A DNA stretch of 64,000 bases from Octopus bimaculoides. Its lineage: Eukaryota. Both the position numbers and the translations under genes were made by a program. Every line of letters starts with the position of its first letter. The stretch's first letter is position 1. Positions 11,160 through 25,001 of this stretch are shown piece by piece. The stretch is from contig NC_068992.1 in the NCBI RefSeq assembly GCF_001194135.2, positions 19,773,443-19,837,442 on the forward strand, read 5' to 3'. The notes beneath the pieces were generated by a model. That model had not been told where the DNA came from, did not search any database, and saw nothing but the letters and a program-made list of their open reading frames with translations.

Positions 11160-11974
11160 GCGCGCACACATATTTATACATATATTACGTATGCACACAC
11201 ACACACACACACACATATATATGTGAAGTAGTGCTATGCAGAAAATAAAGTTGGGAAGATCCAATGTAATTTTCCTGTAGTCAACGTTCAGCTCACAGAA
11301 ATGAAAAGAAAAGAAAACAACTTAGTATTTCCTTTGACAGGAAATAACAATAAGTATTTTATAAATGACATAGCAATACAGAACAGACAAGTAATTACAT
11401 TGACTTTGATATTGATTGAAAATCGTCGTAGATTTTTAACGTGTCTTTCCTTAATTTGTAGCTGATACAGTTGTAATTGTATTGCATCGATCCAATAAAG
11501 AGATCTATAGATAGGTTAACTCTGAGTACAAAGAAAGTAAATACCGGAGAAATATCAATGTGAATGTATAAAATTATTATTGTATGGTTCCATTCTTTGC
11601 AGTGTTGTTTTACTTCTGAAATGTTGGCATTGAGATGGCTGTTGTAACTTTTATGTATATCTCTAATTCTTTTCTAATATGCGTTGTTTATAATGTCATA
11701 TTTTGATGATTTCATAATTTTACTTGAATATATTCGTATGACATCACCATGTAAACTAATCGATTGTTTCGCTATCAACCGAGTACAGAGAATAAAAATG
11801 ACTAAAACGATAGCCTAAAAAACCTGGCTGCTGAAAGAACAAAGTTGTAACATATACAAAAAAAAAATTAAAATATGGTCTTGGATTAATAGAAACGCTT
11901 TCACTGACCAAAATCCTTTAGAATTTCTTTCAATCCCACGTCCATTTTAGGAAAAAGTAATTCGATGTAATTTT

Positions 11975-12180
11975 TAGCACAAGTTCACCAATTTTGAGGG
12001 TACAGTGGTAAGTCGATTACATCCACCTCAGGGCTCAGAAGGTATTTATTTCAAGACGGCAAGTATGACAGTCAAATTCGACCTCAGTGATGTTGAAAAT
12101 GAAGACCTAAACAGATGGAGAAATGCCGCTAAGCAATTTCTCCGATGCGCAAACTATTCTCCCGGCACAGCGCCTTCACT
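11975..12180 (-). mobile_element. SINE family A copy, diverged
   Basis: gtcgattacatc...ggtatttattt...gaaatgccgctaagca blocks. Confidence 0.75.
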
Positions 12181-13283
12181 TCGCAAAAATTAAAAATAAC
12201 ACCATAAATATCATTTCTGTAATCACCACTGCCGAATTCCACAACATTTTGCTTTCAGCTTATTATACAAGTGAATCAAATCTAGACAAACGAGTGAACT
12301 CTAATAATTTGTTGAATGTTACTTTTGCCAAATAACTATTAAATACTAAATAAAAAATACTTGACTACTATATATTTAGTATACCGTACAGTAAATAAAC
12401 TCGAAAATAGGTAAGTGGAGTATTGTCAGTTAGGTTTGATCAACGATTATTAGACCCCGACAATATTTCACTCCCATGCACCTCAAGTTTAAGTCTTGAA
12501 AATAATTCGTTCCGAGAAAAAAATCTAACAAACAAGATAAGCTTAGGCGTTAGAGCGAGTGTAATTAGACCCACATCCATCCAATATTCAAAGTATCAAA
12601 AGTCAACTCTCTGGATGGGGTTCTTCATGAGTAGTCTGTCTCTTGTATACTCCGTATAATCGAAGCCCATTTCTTATATCTGCTCTTAATCATTTGCTGA
12701 ACCGTTTCCCTGTCCATTGAAGTTGCTCAGCAGAGCCTCGTTGCTTATTCGAACAATTGTGAACGTCATACATCCCAGGGAGAAGATGAGCTTTGCTTTG
12801 CAATTTGTAATCGGCAGGGTTTGACTTTGATTATTTTCTTGTGAAGCTTTTCCGTTTTTGGCCTTCGTCACCGACAATTTAAACGCACTTCATTCTTCAT
12901 TATCGTTACCTTCCACTTTTTGGTTAGACGGTACAATGCAATAACAGTTTGTTCAAGGAGAAGTTACTTATCTGTCAGTGGCTTCCGGCCATGAAGTCAA
13001 TGGGATTTCTTTCATTACCCATAGAGACCAACCGATGGTGCGACGGCTACTTCTCACGAGACAGCTAACTCTGGGACCCGCTATAATTGTTGATGTTGTT
13101 TGTGCTGCTGTTTATATCTGTGTATTTTCGTGTCTTGGTCTAGAACAGTATAAACTCGTACATCGCTTTACATTCGTTTACTTGGACACGTAACGTGCTG
13201 TTCGATAAACAGAATTTGATAAAATAACTACGGGACAGAGACACGTACATTGGTCACTGTGGTTAATATTGAATACTTACACA

Positions 13284-13445
13284 AGGCGACGGGCTGGCGG
13301 AATCGTTAGCACGCCAAGGTAAACTTTGCCCTTCATCCTTTCGCGGTCGATAAAATAAGTACCAGTTGAGCACTGAGTCGAGTAATTCGAATTACCTCTT
13401 CCCTTGAACTTGCTGGCTTTGGGACACAATTTGAAGCCAGTATTA
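13284..13445 (+). mobile_element. SINE family A copy with internal deletion
   Basis: ggcgacgggctggcggaatcgttagcacgcc joins directly to aaggtaaactttgcccttcatcctttcgcggtcgataaaataagtaccagttgagcactg. Confidence 0.85.
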
Positions 13446-13858
13446 CAGACTAACATCTTTGATATCTCTGCTCCAGAATGGCTAAAACCAAAATCTCTGA
13501 AATCGTCTGAAGGAATAACTGATTGTAAAAAAAAAAAAAAAAGAATATAAAATTGAAGAACAAGATTGTTCTCTGATTAGATTGAAACTAAGTTGTATAA
13601 ACACACTAAATACAAATGTTTCAAGTTTGCCAATTTCTAGGCGAAGATAGAAGTAGTTATTTAATATCAGACATTCACGTCTGGCGAATTTTGTCACTGT
13701 GCTCAGTGTTTTAGAATAAAAAGCTGCCCTACTTTCGCATCGTCACATTTCGCAAACGCAGTTTACTTCAGACACACAATCATACAAACACACGCCTGCA
13801 CACGCACATGTACGCACACACACGCACTCACTCACGCACACACACACACACACATATG

Positions 13859-13861
<3 letters not shown>

Positions 13862-13945
<84 letters not shown>
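13862..13945. repeat. (TA)n microsatellite within a TA/CA/CT-rich tract
   Basis: Read directly. Confidence 0.95.
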
Positions 13946-13947
<2 letters not shown>

Positions 13948-14802
13948 CTATGCATGTGTCATGTTTGTGTTTGCATGTGTTTGTGTATATATATATATAT
14001 GTACGTATGTATATATGTGTATATATATTGTATATATATATCTTTCTCTCTCTCTCCCCTCTCTCTTTCTCTCTCTCTCTATATATACATATATTCATAC
14101 ATCTATATAAAGATATGTGTATATATGTGCTTATTTATGTATATTTCTATATATGTTGTATGTCTCTCTGCATGTAGGTCTAGTGCTGCGACATACATAA
14201 ACAAGAAAGGTATGGAAAAACAGAAAACAAAAGAAAGTTGTGACAAATAACAAACAAGCAAAAAATATCAAAATATAGTATCTCCAAAGCAAAGAACAAG
14301 AAATTATATTAATCATAACAATGGCTGCCAAAATAACAAGTAATGCAAAGGAGAGGAATAATGTTAAATAAATAAGAATCAGATTGAAAAACAACAGTTG
14401 AAATGTTGACAATATTTAGAAAAAATATCAAAAATATTTTATAATAATTTTATAATTGTCTTGTTGTTACTGTTGTTGGTGTTGAGTGTTGATGTTATTA
14501 GAGTAGTTTAGCCCTAGGCCGAACTTGATGAAGCAGACATGATCAAAAGCATTCCAGTCGGTTTTATTTTGTTTGTAAGTGTGACTACCATTATCAAATT
14601 TATATCACCCTTTTTCTCAAGTAGTTCTGCGTGCTATTGAGGCAGATTTAATGCTTATTTCAAACAGCTTAAGTAACCACTCAGATCATATAGTGGATAG
14701 GTGTTTTTCATTAGTCACATATTTATTTGGTCGAATAAACTTCAGGTCTAAATCTTTCCAGTCGTGACTACTCTGTCTAAGTTTGTATTATCCAAAGTAT
14801 TT

Positions 14803-14995
14803 AAGACGGTTAACTGGTAGAATCTCTTGCACGCCAGACAAATTAATTTAACGGCATTTTGACCGATTTTTACGTTTTGAGTTCATATGCCTCTTCGGGT
14901 AATGAAACAACTACCAGTTGAGCATTTGGGTCAATGTAATTACTAGCACCCTCACTGCAGAATTTATGTCCTTGTGCTTATTGTAGAAAAAAATT
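14803..14995 (+). mobile_element. SINE family A copy with internal deletion
   Basis: gcacgccagacaaa...taccagttgagcatttgggtcaatgtaat...ccttgtgcttattgtagaaa. Confidence 0.75.
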
Positions 14996-15419
14996 GTCCA
15001 GTGTATTCGATATTTTTTTCTGAGATTAAATATTAGAAGTAGTGACTATCTAGGTTTGTACACATATTATAAATGTATACTTGTCTATCGTTTAATCTTA
15101 GGCTGTGTTTAAGTGCATATATTAATTAAATTTTAGCCTGGCAAGCTTTCTTACAAATTATTAAATGTTTTATTCATTGGTTCCTATATTTAAAACTGCA
15201 TTTGGAGCCCAGGTCAGAATGTCCAGTGTATCCGTCATTGAGGAGACTGAATCAAGTTCGACACTATGTTTTGTGGTTCACTAGAGTTCTAAATGTTGTC
15301 CATTGCTCTTAAAACTCATATCTTTTTGAGAAGGTTCCTTGAAATAAAATACGAAGTTTTACGTTTTTATACACGTTAATTATAAATGCTATACACACCT
15401 GTATTGCTACAATTATACT

Positions 15420-15635
15420 GCGAGCAGGTAGCACTGTAAGCGTGCAAGATAAAAGCTTAGCAGCATTTCTTCTAGATGTTTATGTTCTGCGTTCTAATAC
15501 TGCTAAAGTTGACTCTGCCATTCCTCTATTCGGGGTCGATAAACTAAGTTCCAGTTCAGTACTAAACACGATGCAATCGATTTCTTTCTCCCTTCAAAAT
15601 ACTTGGTCGTGTACCAGAAATTAGAAAAAACAATT
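15420..15635 (+). mobile_element. SINE family A copy, diverged
   Basis: gcttagcagcatttc...ttcggggtcgataaactaagttccagtt blocks. Confidence 0.7.
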
Positions 15636-15894
15636 TATTTAACGATGTAATTCATTTATTAAAGAAAATACTATGAAATTGGAAGAAAAGCTGAAGAAAG
15701 GCTGTCGCTTCTCACAAACTGCCTAGCGGTATTTATCCAAAGTTTTTACCTTTTGAGTTCAAAGACCGCAAAGATCGACTTCACAATTTATCCTTCTGGC
15801 AAAGATGAAATAAAACATCAGCAGCGAAGTACAGCGATGACGTAAGTGCTTAACTGTTGCTCATATTCGCTGCTTGGTGTCTATGTTTGAGACA

Positions 15895-16093
15895 GTGGAG
15901 GTCCAATGGCCCAGTGGTTAGGGCAAGCGGACTCGTGGTCATAGGATCGCGGTTTCGATTCCCAGACCGGGCGTTGTGAGTGTTTATTGAGCGAAAACAC
16001 CTAAAGGTCCACGAGGCTCCGGCAGGGGATGTTGGCGAACCCTGCTGTACTCTTCCACCACAACTTTCTCTCACTCTTACTTCCTGTTTCTGT
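15895..16093 (+). mobile_element. SINE family C (tRNA-derived head), 3'-truncated
   Basis: ggaggtccaatggcccagtggttagggc (A-box), ggtttcgattccc (B-box); body nearly identical to the reverse complement of 42660-42790. Confidence 0.9.
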
Positions 16094-16768
16094 TAGTCAT
16101 TATTCTGCTTTATCAAACGCCCTTAGTTATTTTTCTACACTATCAGCAATAGCCAAAAGCTACAGACCACAAATAACAAGTGTGATGCATACTCACTTGA
16201 CTTGCAAGAAATAGCAGCTAAATTTCTCTGAATTCCCATCCTATCGTAAGACATATTAATTGCTGTGGCCCTACTTACACTGCACAAGACACTTTCGAAG
16301 ACCTTGTAGTCTAAAGTTTACACTATCAATTCTAAGTTAAGTATATTTGGGAGCTAATAGACGTAATATCATATATACAAACAAGCAATCCATAGAGTGG
16401 GAAATAATGCTGCGCAGTACAATTACGAGACTGTACGAATAGACAACGATGACGCGCATATATAAGCACACACCACGTACCAACGGCCAACACGCATAGA
16501 AACATTGCATCATGTATATGCATGTAGTAGAGATACACTAATGCACGAAAGCAGTTTAAATAGTTGGCGAATTCCAAATTATTTTTCTCTTCTTTCTCAG
16601 AATCCTTCTTTCTTTCATTCTCTGTCTGCCAACCTGCCTATGTATCTCTGTCACTCTGTCGCTCCCTTTCTTTCTTTCTTCATTTGTTTGTTTGTTTGTT
16701 TGTTTGTTTGTTTGTTTTATTCATTCATTCATTCATTCATTCATTCATTATTTCTTTCTGTATGTATG

Positions 16769-16802
<34 letters not shown>

Positions 16803-16916
16803 TGCATGTATGAATGTATGTAAATATTACGTAGGTATATCTATCTATCTGTCTGACTGTCTGTTTTGTCTGTCTCTCTTTCTGCGTCTGTCCGCCTACC
16901 TTACTTTCCCTTTGCT

Positions 16917-16970
<54 letters not shown>

Positions 16971-17918
16971 AACCCACATATGTATATGTATATAAGTTGT
17001 ACTTAATTTCACTGTGTATGTGTGCAGATATTTATATTTTTATATATTTATATTCATCTACAACTCACTATTTACCTATCTATCTATAAGCCTCTCTGGC
17101 TCTCTCTTCATTTATGTGTTTACACACATACATAGCCACACAAAAACACACAAACACGCCTGTCTCTGGTTGTATCTCTTTCCGTATTCTATTTTATCGT
17201 CTTCTCTTCCTTCTCACATTCAGTCACTAAGACAACACAAATGACAGTAACCAAGAAACGCTTTTAATTTCTAGCAAAATCTTGCGAAAATGTGGATGCT
17301 TTTAAAAATTTTGTCAAGTCACTGGTATTGCTTAAAAGCCAAACCACGAAATTCTGTCTTTATCTTGACAGCTGCACTAACGCAAAGCAACAGCCTAACT
17401 AAAGAAGCATCTTTAAAGATATGTAAACCATGAATTTGTGGGAAACAGGCACAAACACATACGTACATACATACATACATGTACATATATATACATATAT
17501 ATACATATATACGTATGTATATGTATATACATATATACATGTATATACATAGACTCACACACACATATGCATGTATGTATACACGTGTATACACACATAT
17601 GTATATATAAATTCATGTCTATAATATCTATATATTTATGTACATATAAATGTTCATATAAACACGTGCGTGTGTGTGTGAGAGTAAGGGGGAGCATATG
17701 TATGTTCGTAAGCATGTATGTGTGTGTGTTTGGGTTTGCAATTGTGATAGCGTTTGTGTACGCATGTAAACGTGAGTGTGTGCATACGTATGTGTTCTTC
17801 AAGATGAATCGTTAAATATTGTTCCTGCACAGACGAAACTTTGGCAAAATGGAAGACGAGTAATATGGCATAAGAACATTTACACTCTGACATGCACGGC
17901 AATGCAGATTCACATCTT

Positions 17919-17973
<55 letters not shown>

Positions 17974-20793
17974 TCTCTCTCTCTCTGTTTCTCTTCCNNN
18001 NNNNNNNNNNNNNNNNNNNNNNNNNNNNNNNNNNNNNNNNNNNNNNNNNNNNNNNNNNNNNNNNNNNNNNNNNNNNNNNNNNNNNNNNNNNNNNNNNNNN
18101 NNNNNNNNNNNNNNNNNNNNNNNNNNNNNNNNNNNNNNNNNNNNNNNNNNNNNNNNNNNNNNNNNNNNNNNNNNNNNNNNNNNNNNNNNNNNNNNNNNNN
18201 NNNNNNNNNNNNNNNNNNNNNNNNNNNNNNNNNNNNNNNNNNNNNNNNNNNNNNNNNNNNNNNNNNNNNNNNNNNNNNNNNNNNNNNNNNNNNNNNNNNN
18301 NNNNNNNNNNNNNNNNNNNNNNNNNNNNNNNNNNNNNNNNNNNNNNNNNNNNNNNNNNNNNNNNNNNNNNNNNNNNNNNNNNNNNNNNNNNNNNNNNNNN
18401 NNNNNNNNNNNNNNNNNNNNNNNNNNNNNNNNNNNNNNNNNNNNNNNNNNNNNNNNNNNNNNNNNNNNNNNNNNNNNNNNNNNNNNNNNNNNNNNNNNNN
18501 NNNNNNNNNNNNNNNNNNNNNNNNNNNNNNNNNNNNNNNNNNNNNNNNNNNNNNNNNNNNNNNNNNNNNNNNNNNNNNNNNNNNNNNNNNNNNNNNNNNN
18601 NNNNNNNNNNNNNNNNNNNNNNNNNNNNNNNNNNNNNNNNNNNNNNNNNNNNNNNNNNNNNNNNNNNNNNNNNNNNNNNNNNNNNNNNNNNNNNNNNNNN
18701 NNNNNNNNNNNNNNNNNNNNNNNNNNNNNNNNNNNNNNNNNNNNNNNNNNNNNNNNNNNNNNNNNNNNNNNNNNNNNNNNNNNNNNNNNNNNNNNNNNNN
18801 NNNNNNNNNNNNNNNNNNNNNNNNNNNNNNNNNNNNNNNNNNNNNNNNNNNNNNNNNNNNNNNNNNNNNNNNNNNNNNNNNNNNNNNNNNNNNNNNTTCT
18901 GATAAACCCTTGTAGATGCGGCTGTGAAGGTGTTTGTCAATGTGGCAATTCCAGTTATTTAGTGGTTGGCTTACTTTTCCCCGCAGTTAAACATCACACC
19001 TTGCTCTTGCTCGCCAGTTTGTGAAATTTACTCTGTCCCAAAAGCCTATCAGATCTTGGGTCTAAGAGGTCCTGATGAGAGCCCTTGATGAGAGCCCTTG
19101 GCGCTGTCCCCCCTTCTCTGAATATTTTTAGTGCTTATCTTTTGCCTTTTATTTGTACTGTCATTGGATTGCGTCCGTGCTGGTGCACCTCCTTGAAACG
19201 GCTCCAACACTTAGTTTTTTTAGACCTGAACTTATTTTATAATAATTAAAACATATCGCAAAAATGATTTATATTAAAGGAGAAATGCAATTCTTTATCC
19301 TTTACTGAGAGGGAAAGTAGTTCCCATGTTGCGTTACAGAAACTCCAACACTAAAAAAAAGGGAAAGAGAAAGGTACCCTGAAACTGGAAACTGGATTGA
19401 ATGTTTTGCAGCACAGTGAGTACAGCCAAGGTCCCAAGTGTTACTTTGAATCCGAGCGACGAATTAAGTCTACCAATCAAGAAGTCACTGGTGGCGTTTG
19501 AACTCGGAACGAAGAAACTGGTAAAAACACTGCAAGGCATTTGAGCTGATTTTCGCAAACTTCACCCATCAAAGGCTCAGAATTAATGCTGTCATTACCG
19601 GCTCTAAAAGTATGAATGGCTAAGTTGACCTCAACAGCATTTGAACTCAAGATGACTAGACTTGGAGGAAATACCGAGAAACACGCTAACCAATATCAGT
19701 TGTTCGAAATCTTAGTGCGTCGAACAAGCAGAGAATGGTCAGTGTCTTTCACTGGCATGATACAATTGAACCACTGTTAAGAGGTAAGTTTGTTTAGCTG
19801 TAAAATGTACATTGGTCGTGACGATGGGAGAAGTATGAATTTCATTGTTCGATTGGTATCCACCAGACTTCTATATATTTGATTAGACATGAGAATATTA
19901 ATGTGATATTCACATGGAAATGTTATTTCAACGGAAACAATGTAGATAACTTGCATTAAATAAAAAGACGAACAGAGCTTGATTTCATACAAGCTGCGTG
20001 TGTCGCTTTTTATTTTCCTGTAAATGACTAGGTTACTTACTCTTTCATCTGTGAACACTACCAAGACGCTGTGAATCGCGATATAATTATATATATTTTG
20101 CTTTTCTTCACGATATGAGATCGTATCGTATCTACATCAGTACACGATCATTCACACAGTTGGAGATTTCTATTCTATTCTTTTGTAGTTATAGGACATG
20201 GAATTGTGTAAAATCCGTTGGGAGACACATGCTATTTCTGAAAGGATTAAGTTTGATTTGCTTCTAACCAATCAAATTAAACCAAGAATAGTTGCCAGTT
20301 GTTCAATTTAGCCGAAGATGTCTGCTATGTATCGTACTTTGAAAGCAAACCTTTACGTAGGTCTGTTCGTTGACATTCTTCATACAACTTCACAATTTTT
20401 CTTTTCCCCGTTTCTACTGATTTGCAATATGGTTTGTAATAAATTCCTCTTAATTTCCTAACCATCACATATTACTGTTTCAATTTCTATCCTGCGGGTG
20501 GCTGGGCAGTTTACAGTCGAAGGTAGAATATGGGCGGATGGATTCAATTAGGGTAAAACTGAATAGCAATCTAAGATAAGTGGAGCAGTTAATGAAAACT
20601 GGATTAAATTTATCGAATTATCCTGTCCTGCAAGGGAATTATCAAATCAATCAATTCTATCGAAGAACTGAGTGGAGCGGAAATTACTTCATATTACAAT
20701 ATATCGGAATGGTCTAAATATTAATTCATTTTCTATATACTTCTGCGTCAGTGTGTTTATGTCGGTGCTCATTTGTTGTGTGCCAATATATGT

Positions 20794-20875
<82 letters not shown>

Positions 20876-22129
20876 ATGTGTGTTCATCTGTCTGCGTATG
20901 TATGTATGTGGGCGTGAGTACATTAGTGCTTTTGCTCCGAATATATTAGTTATTGCACATTTATAATCACTGACGCAAGCATAAACGCATGTACATATAC
21001 GTTCGACCACACAAATGCACACATACGCATTCATAGACGGAGACATGGTTCACTTCCATATTTGTTGCTTTCGAATGTGCACCAACTTACTCACATGGCA
21101 TACGGAAAAAATCAAAACATTACTTTCCTGTCTTGGATACTGCATCTCTCTCACTCTCTCTCTGCATACCCAAACACATTCACACACACACGCATACACA
21201 CACACACACACAGATATAACTACTATAGTCGTCCTTGGCAATCGAATATGACTTGGTAGCATGTACTGTATCTTTGTTAAGCGATTTAGATATAAGCAGA
21301 TATCTATTTATAACCTTGGTCCAATGGAATATCCCAGATAAGTGACGGATAAAGAAGGGAAAGTATGTACGAGTAGACAGGTGATATGCAGTTCAGCATA
21401 ATTGATTATAATTTGTCTGGTATACGTGATTTTGTAACACCTGAATCTGACGATAACATTTCGTTAATATTTAGCATTTATTACACTGTTATGCAGTCTT
21501 TTTCAGCATATATGCAATACACACCACAAAGAGACACACACCCGTGTGTATGTGTGTGCATGCGTGTGTGTGCGTGTGTGTCCGTGCATGTATGTGTGTG
21601 ACCTACTTGTTTCGGAGTTTGTGAATGACCGCATATATGTGAGAAGCGGATTATGTGATTGAATCACTAATTTCACTTCAGGCAAATTTAAAAAAAAAAT
21701 AATTTGTAAGTGGTAAATGAACAGCAGTATCAGAAACAAACTGCTGGTAATAATGTGTATATACGTATGTATGTATGTCTGTATGTATGCATGATTTTAT
21801 TTTGAGTTAGCGTGTTTGTTGAGTCCTCGATGCACACACCCAAGTGTGTACATCTATTCGTCTAAAGAATCCCAGGTGGAGTATCTTTGAAATATCTTGC
21901 AAATCTTCACTGTACAGCTAATAATATGGATTTGGAGAATCTATGTCAGTTTCTTCTCTTTTTTTTCTTCTAAAACCATTATATTTCTAGGTCTGAGTGT
22001 TAAATTATAGGTACATAGCCAAATATATCTATGATGACAAGTGTAAGTGAAAACTAATTGTCAGGATACAAGAGCTGTAAGTTCCGCATTAATTCACCAT
22101 AAATGTTTTTTTTCTTTTCCTGGACATTT

Positions 22130-22497
22130 GATGGTACATAAACATCCAGTGGGCAGTTGTGGATAATGAGGGAGTGTTGTATTTTATGTATATCATTTAT
22201 GGGAGGAATTGTTTGAATGGTGCAGGCCTGCTCAGCCATCAGAGAACTCACAGGAATCGGCACATGGTAAATTGTGATATGTCTATTGTTTACAACAGAA
22301 CAAGTGCAAGCTGTGGAAAGGTGTATCTTTCAATTTGAGGATTGAAAAGTCATGTCAAAAGAATTGATACTGTGGCACTTGTCCCCTCTACCAGCCATTA
22401 CAGCTGTGCATTATGCCACAGAAAAGGCAAATCTTTGGCAGGGTTCAAGAGTCATACAAGAATCACACATTTCATTATCAATGACTCATTTCAATGA
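22130..22497 (+). mobile_element. Decayed C-terminal coding fragment with three C2H2 zinc fingers, probably the 3' end of an RTE-like LINE ORF
   Basis: One frame from 22141: NIQWAVVDNEGVLYFMYIIYGRNCLNGAGLLSHQRTHRNRHMVNCDMSIVYNRTSASCGKVYLSI*GLKSHVKRIDTVALVPSTSHYSCALCHRKGKSLAGFKSHTRITH. GL.SH.R.H fingers without TGEKP linkers. Confidence 0.65.
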
Positions 22498-24940
22498 TTC
22501 TTTCTAGCAATGGTTTTGTTCGTATACGAGAAAGCAGCTACTTTGTATATATGTATCTATGTATGTATGTATGTATGTATGTATGTACGTACGTATGCAT
22601 GTATGTATGTATGTATGTATGTACGTACGTACGTATGTATGTATGCATGCGCGTGCTTGCATGCATGAATGCATGTATGTATTTGTTTGTGTGTATGTCT
22701 TTATAAAATGTATAAGATTTAGAAAAATTGGAAATTTCATGTGGCACTTCTAGTAGAGCAACTGGCATTCATTTTACAAATATAGCGGAATTTCTTTAAG
22801 TTAAACATTATTTTTAAATAAAGAATAAAACCTCCTTATTTCTCACAAAACATACAAAACAAAACTGTCACCATAATGGCCTCAGAAATCAAAGTGTCAC
22901 GTAAAGCAACGTAATAGAAAAATAAATGGCAAAAACAGCAAAACATGAAGGACAGCTATAACAAGAAAATACATCATTAAATACATTGAAAACAACAATT
23001 AATGAAGCACAGTCGGATTTAATGATACGACCTAATTACAGATCTTGTTGTAATTAGCACTGAATGCTGTTAATTTATCACTTAATTTTCTACAATTTTC
23101 AACGATCACTACTAAGCATTGATTCTTAAAAACGAAATTGTTCTCTCAAAAATCAAAACCTAAGACTAAATGAAAATGGAAGATACTGCAGTAAGGCAAA
23201 AATACATTGGCGGTATTCTTCATAGCTTCAAAGTATTTGTAAATTGGGAAATATTTTCTTCAAGCTCTTTCGTTTGAGAATCTTATGTTTAACTTGTGAA
23301 GAACAAATGTTTTGACTGTTGTTTTCGTTTTCGTATTATAGGCATACCTCGAATTACGTCGTTTCGTGTTATGACATTTTCAACTTTTGTTTGTTAATAG
23401 TAAAAATAGTCCCCAACTTCAGTCGATTTGTTCAACCAGACATCCATCTCATCGAACATATCTACAAGAATAAAAATGAAAAAAAAAAAAAACAATTGGA
23501 AAATTGAATAAAATGCATGTGGATAGATGTGAAAATATGCACAATGCATTTAGCAAAATCTATAAATTAACAGAGTTTGTTAAACGGTTTTTCCTGTCAA
23601 GTTGCATGACTTAGAACTAACGTATATTATTAGAAATAATATGCGTTTATCAATTTATGGTTCACCACGGCTGAATCAATAAAAGACGTTTCTCTATGAA
23701 ACATATTGCTATTATTTTCCTGAGATATATTTTCCAATAAGTTACTGCTATCGGTGAATAGATCTGCGAGATCTTCACGCGGAAGCACCTGAATAAGGCC
23801 AAGGTTGAAACCTATGTGTCATCCATACTTTTTTATCTATATTAGTTAAACTTGTAAAGAAGAAATTAGGTATATTTCTTTGTTGACTTTCATTTTAATA
23901 GTAAATACTAACAAGATCATTTTATATACATTGTTGAATATTGTTGTTTAATCCTAGATAATGATGAATGGAGAAATCGTTCAACAAAGCTGATCTACAT
24001 CACAAACATTCAATTTTTATTCAGGAATAGTGCATCTATGTGGAAATTATCGAAAATGTCCTTGACTTTTTTAGACGGTAGTGTGTGAAATGAGAGAAAA
24101 TGTTTTATGCTTAGTTAATTTATGAATGATGTAAAGGCTTCTTTCTGAGCAAACATGTTCTAATAATTTCATCAAAGGAATTTGCAAACGTTATTACATC
24201 CGATAAAAGTGAATTGGTGGTTTTCACACGTGAGTGTGAAATTCGTGTTTAGACTTACCAAGATGTGCACTATGGAGTAAAATTAAGCACTAGCTATTTC
24301 TTAAACAAAATATATTATACTCATTTTAGCATATTTATGTGTTTTTCGTTTTTTCTTTTATATACCAATAATACCTTACTTGAATATCAAACGATAAAAG
24401 AGTTAAGTTTTCAGCGCAAGAAATCTGCAAACTATTTTTGATTCCCAGCTGACACAAATATATTTTCCCCCCAAGGAAAATACAAGGTCTTTGACAAAAT
24501 CTTAAAATAATCAGCTTTGAAATTATCCCCTCGGAAAAATTATAAGATTATGTGCTTATTCGAAAGGAAACAATTTTAGTTTCTAAAAAAGTCTTTTAGC
24601 GTCGTAATTCTACGGAAGAAACTAAGACACATTGTCGTTATTCAGTGATAATGAAAATCAATTTAAGGTACAGAATAACAGCAGGGTGTATGGCAGTTTA
24701 ATCCTTGAGGAAGATTTAGATGATTGCTTTCAGTATTAGCGAAAAGTATTCTTCTCCGAAGGCATCAAATTATTATAGTCATAAGTAGATGTACGTACAA
24801 CGCAATTAAGTTGTGACTTTTACTCTTTGCACAATCTGTCAACAAGGAAGTACTTTCTCACGTTGCTCTCTATCAGGACCGATTAAGTTAAGCAGGTTCT
24901 TACCTACCTTATTTATGAATAAAGAACTTTAGGGAAACAT

Positions 24941-24999
<59 letters not shown>

Positions 25000-25001
<2 letters not shown>

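Noticed and set aside
15895-15975. tRNA-like sequence (also 43466-43533 and 40564-40615)
   Set aside because: Continues into a repeated SINE body and lacks a clean cloverleaf; it is a SINE head, not a tRNA gene.
17371-17421. Possible 51-nt plus-strand exon (ALTQSNSLTKEASLKI)
   Set aside because: Weak donor (AT|gtaaac), unrecognised peptide, no supporting neighbouring exons.
17776-18940. Long ORFs (240-380 aa) here and at 34107-34997, 44076-44931, 51535-52584 and 52845-53775
   Set aside because: They are open only because they run through N gaps and (TA)n/(CT)n tracts.
19066-19105. CTGATGAG motif suggesting a hammerhead
   Set aside because: No stem II followed by GAAA; it is part of a 13-bp tandem duplication.
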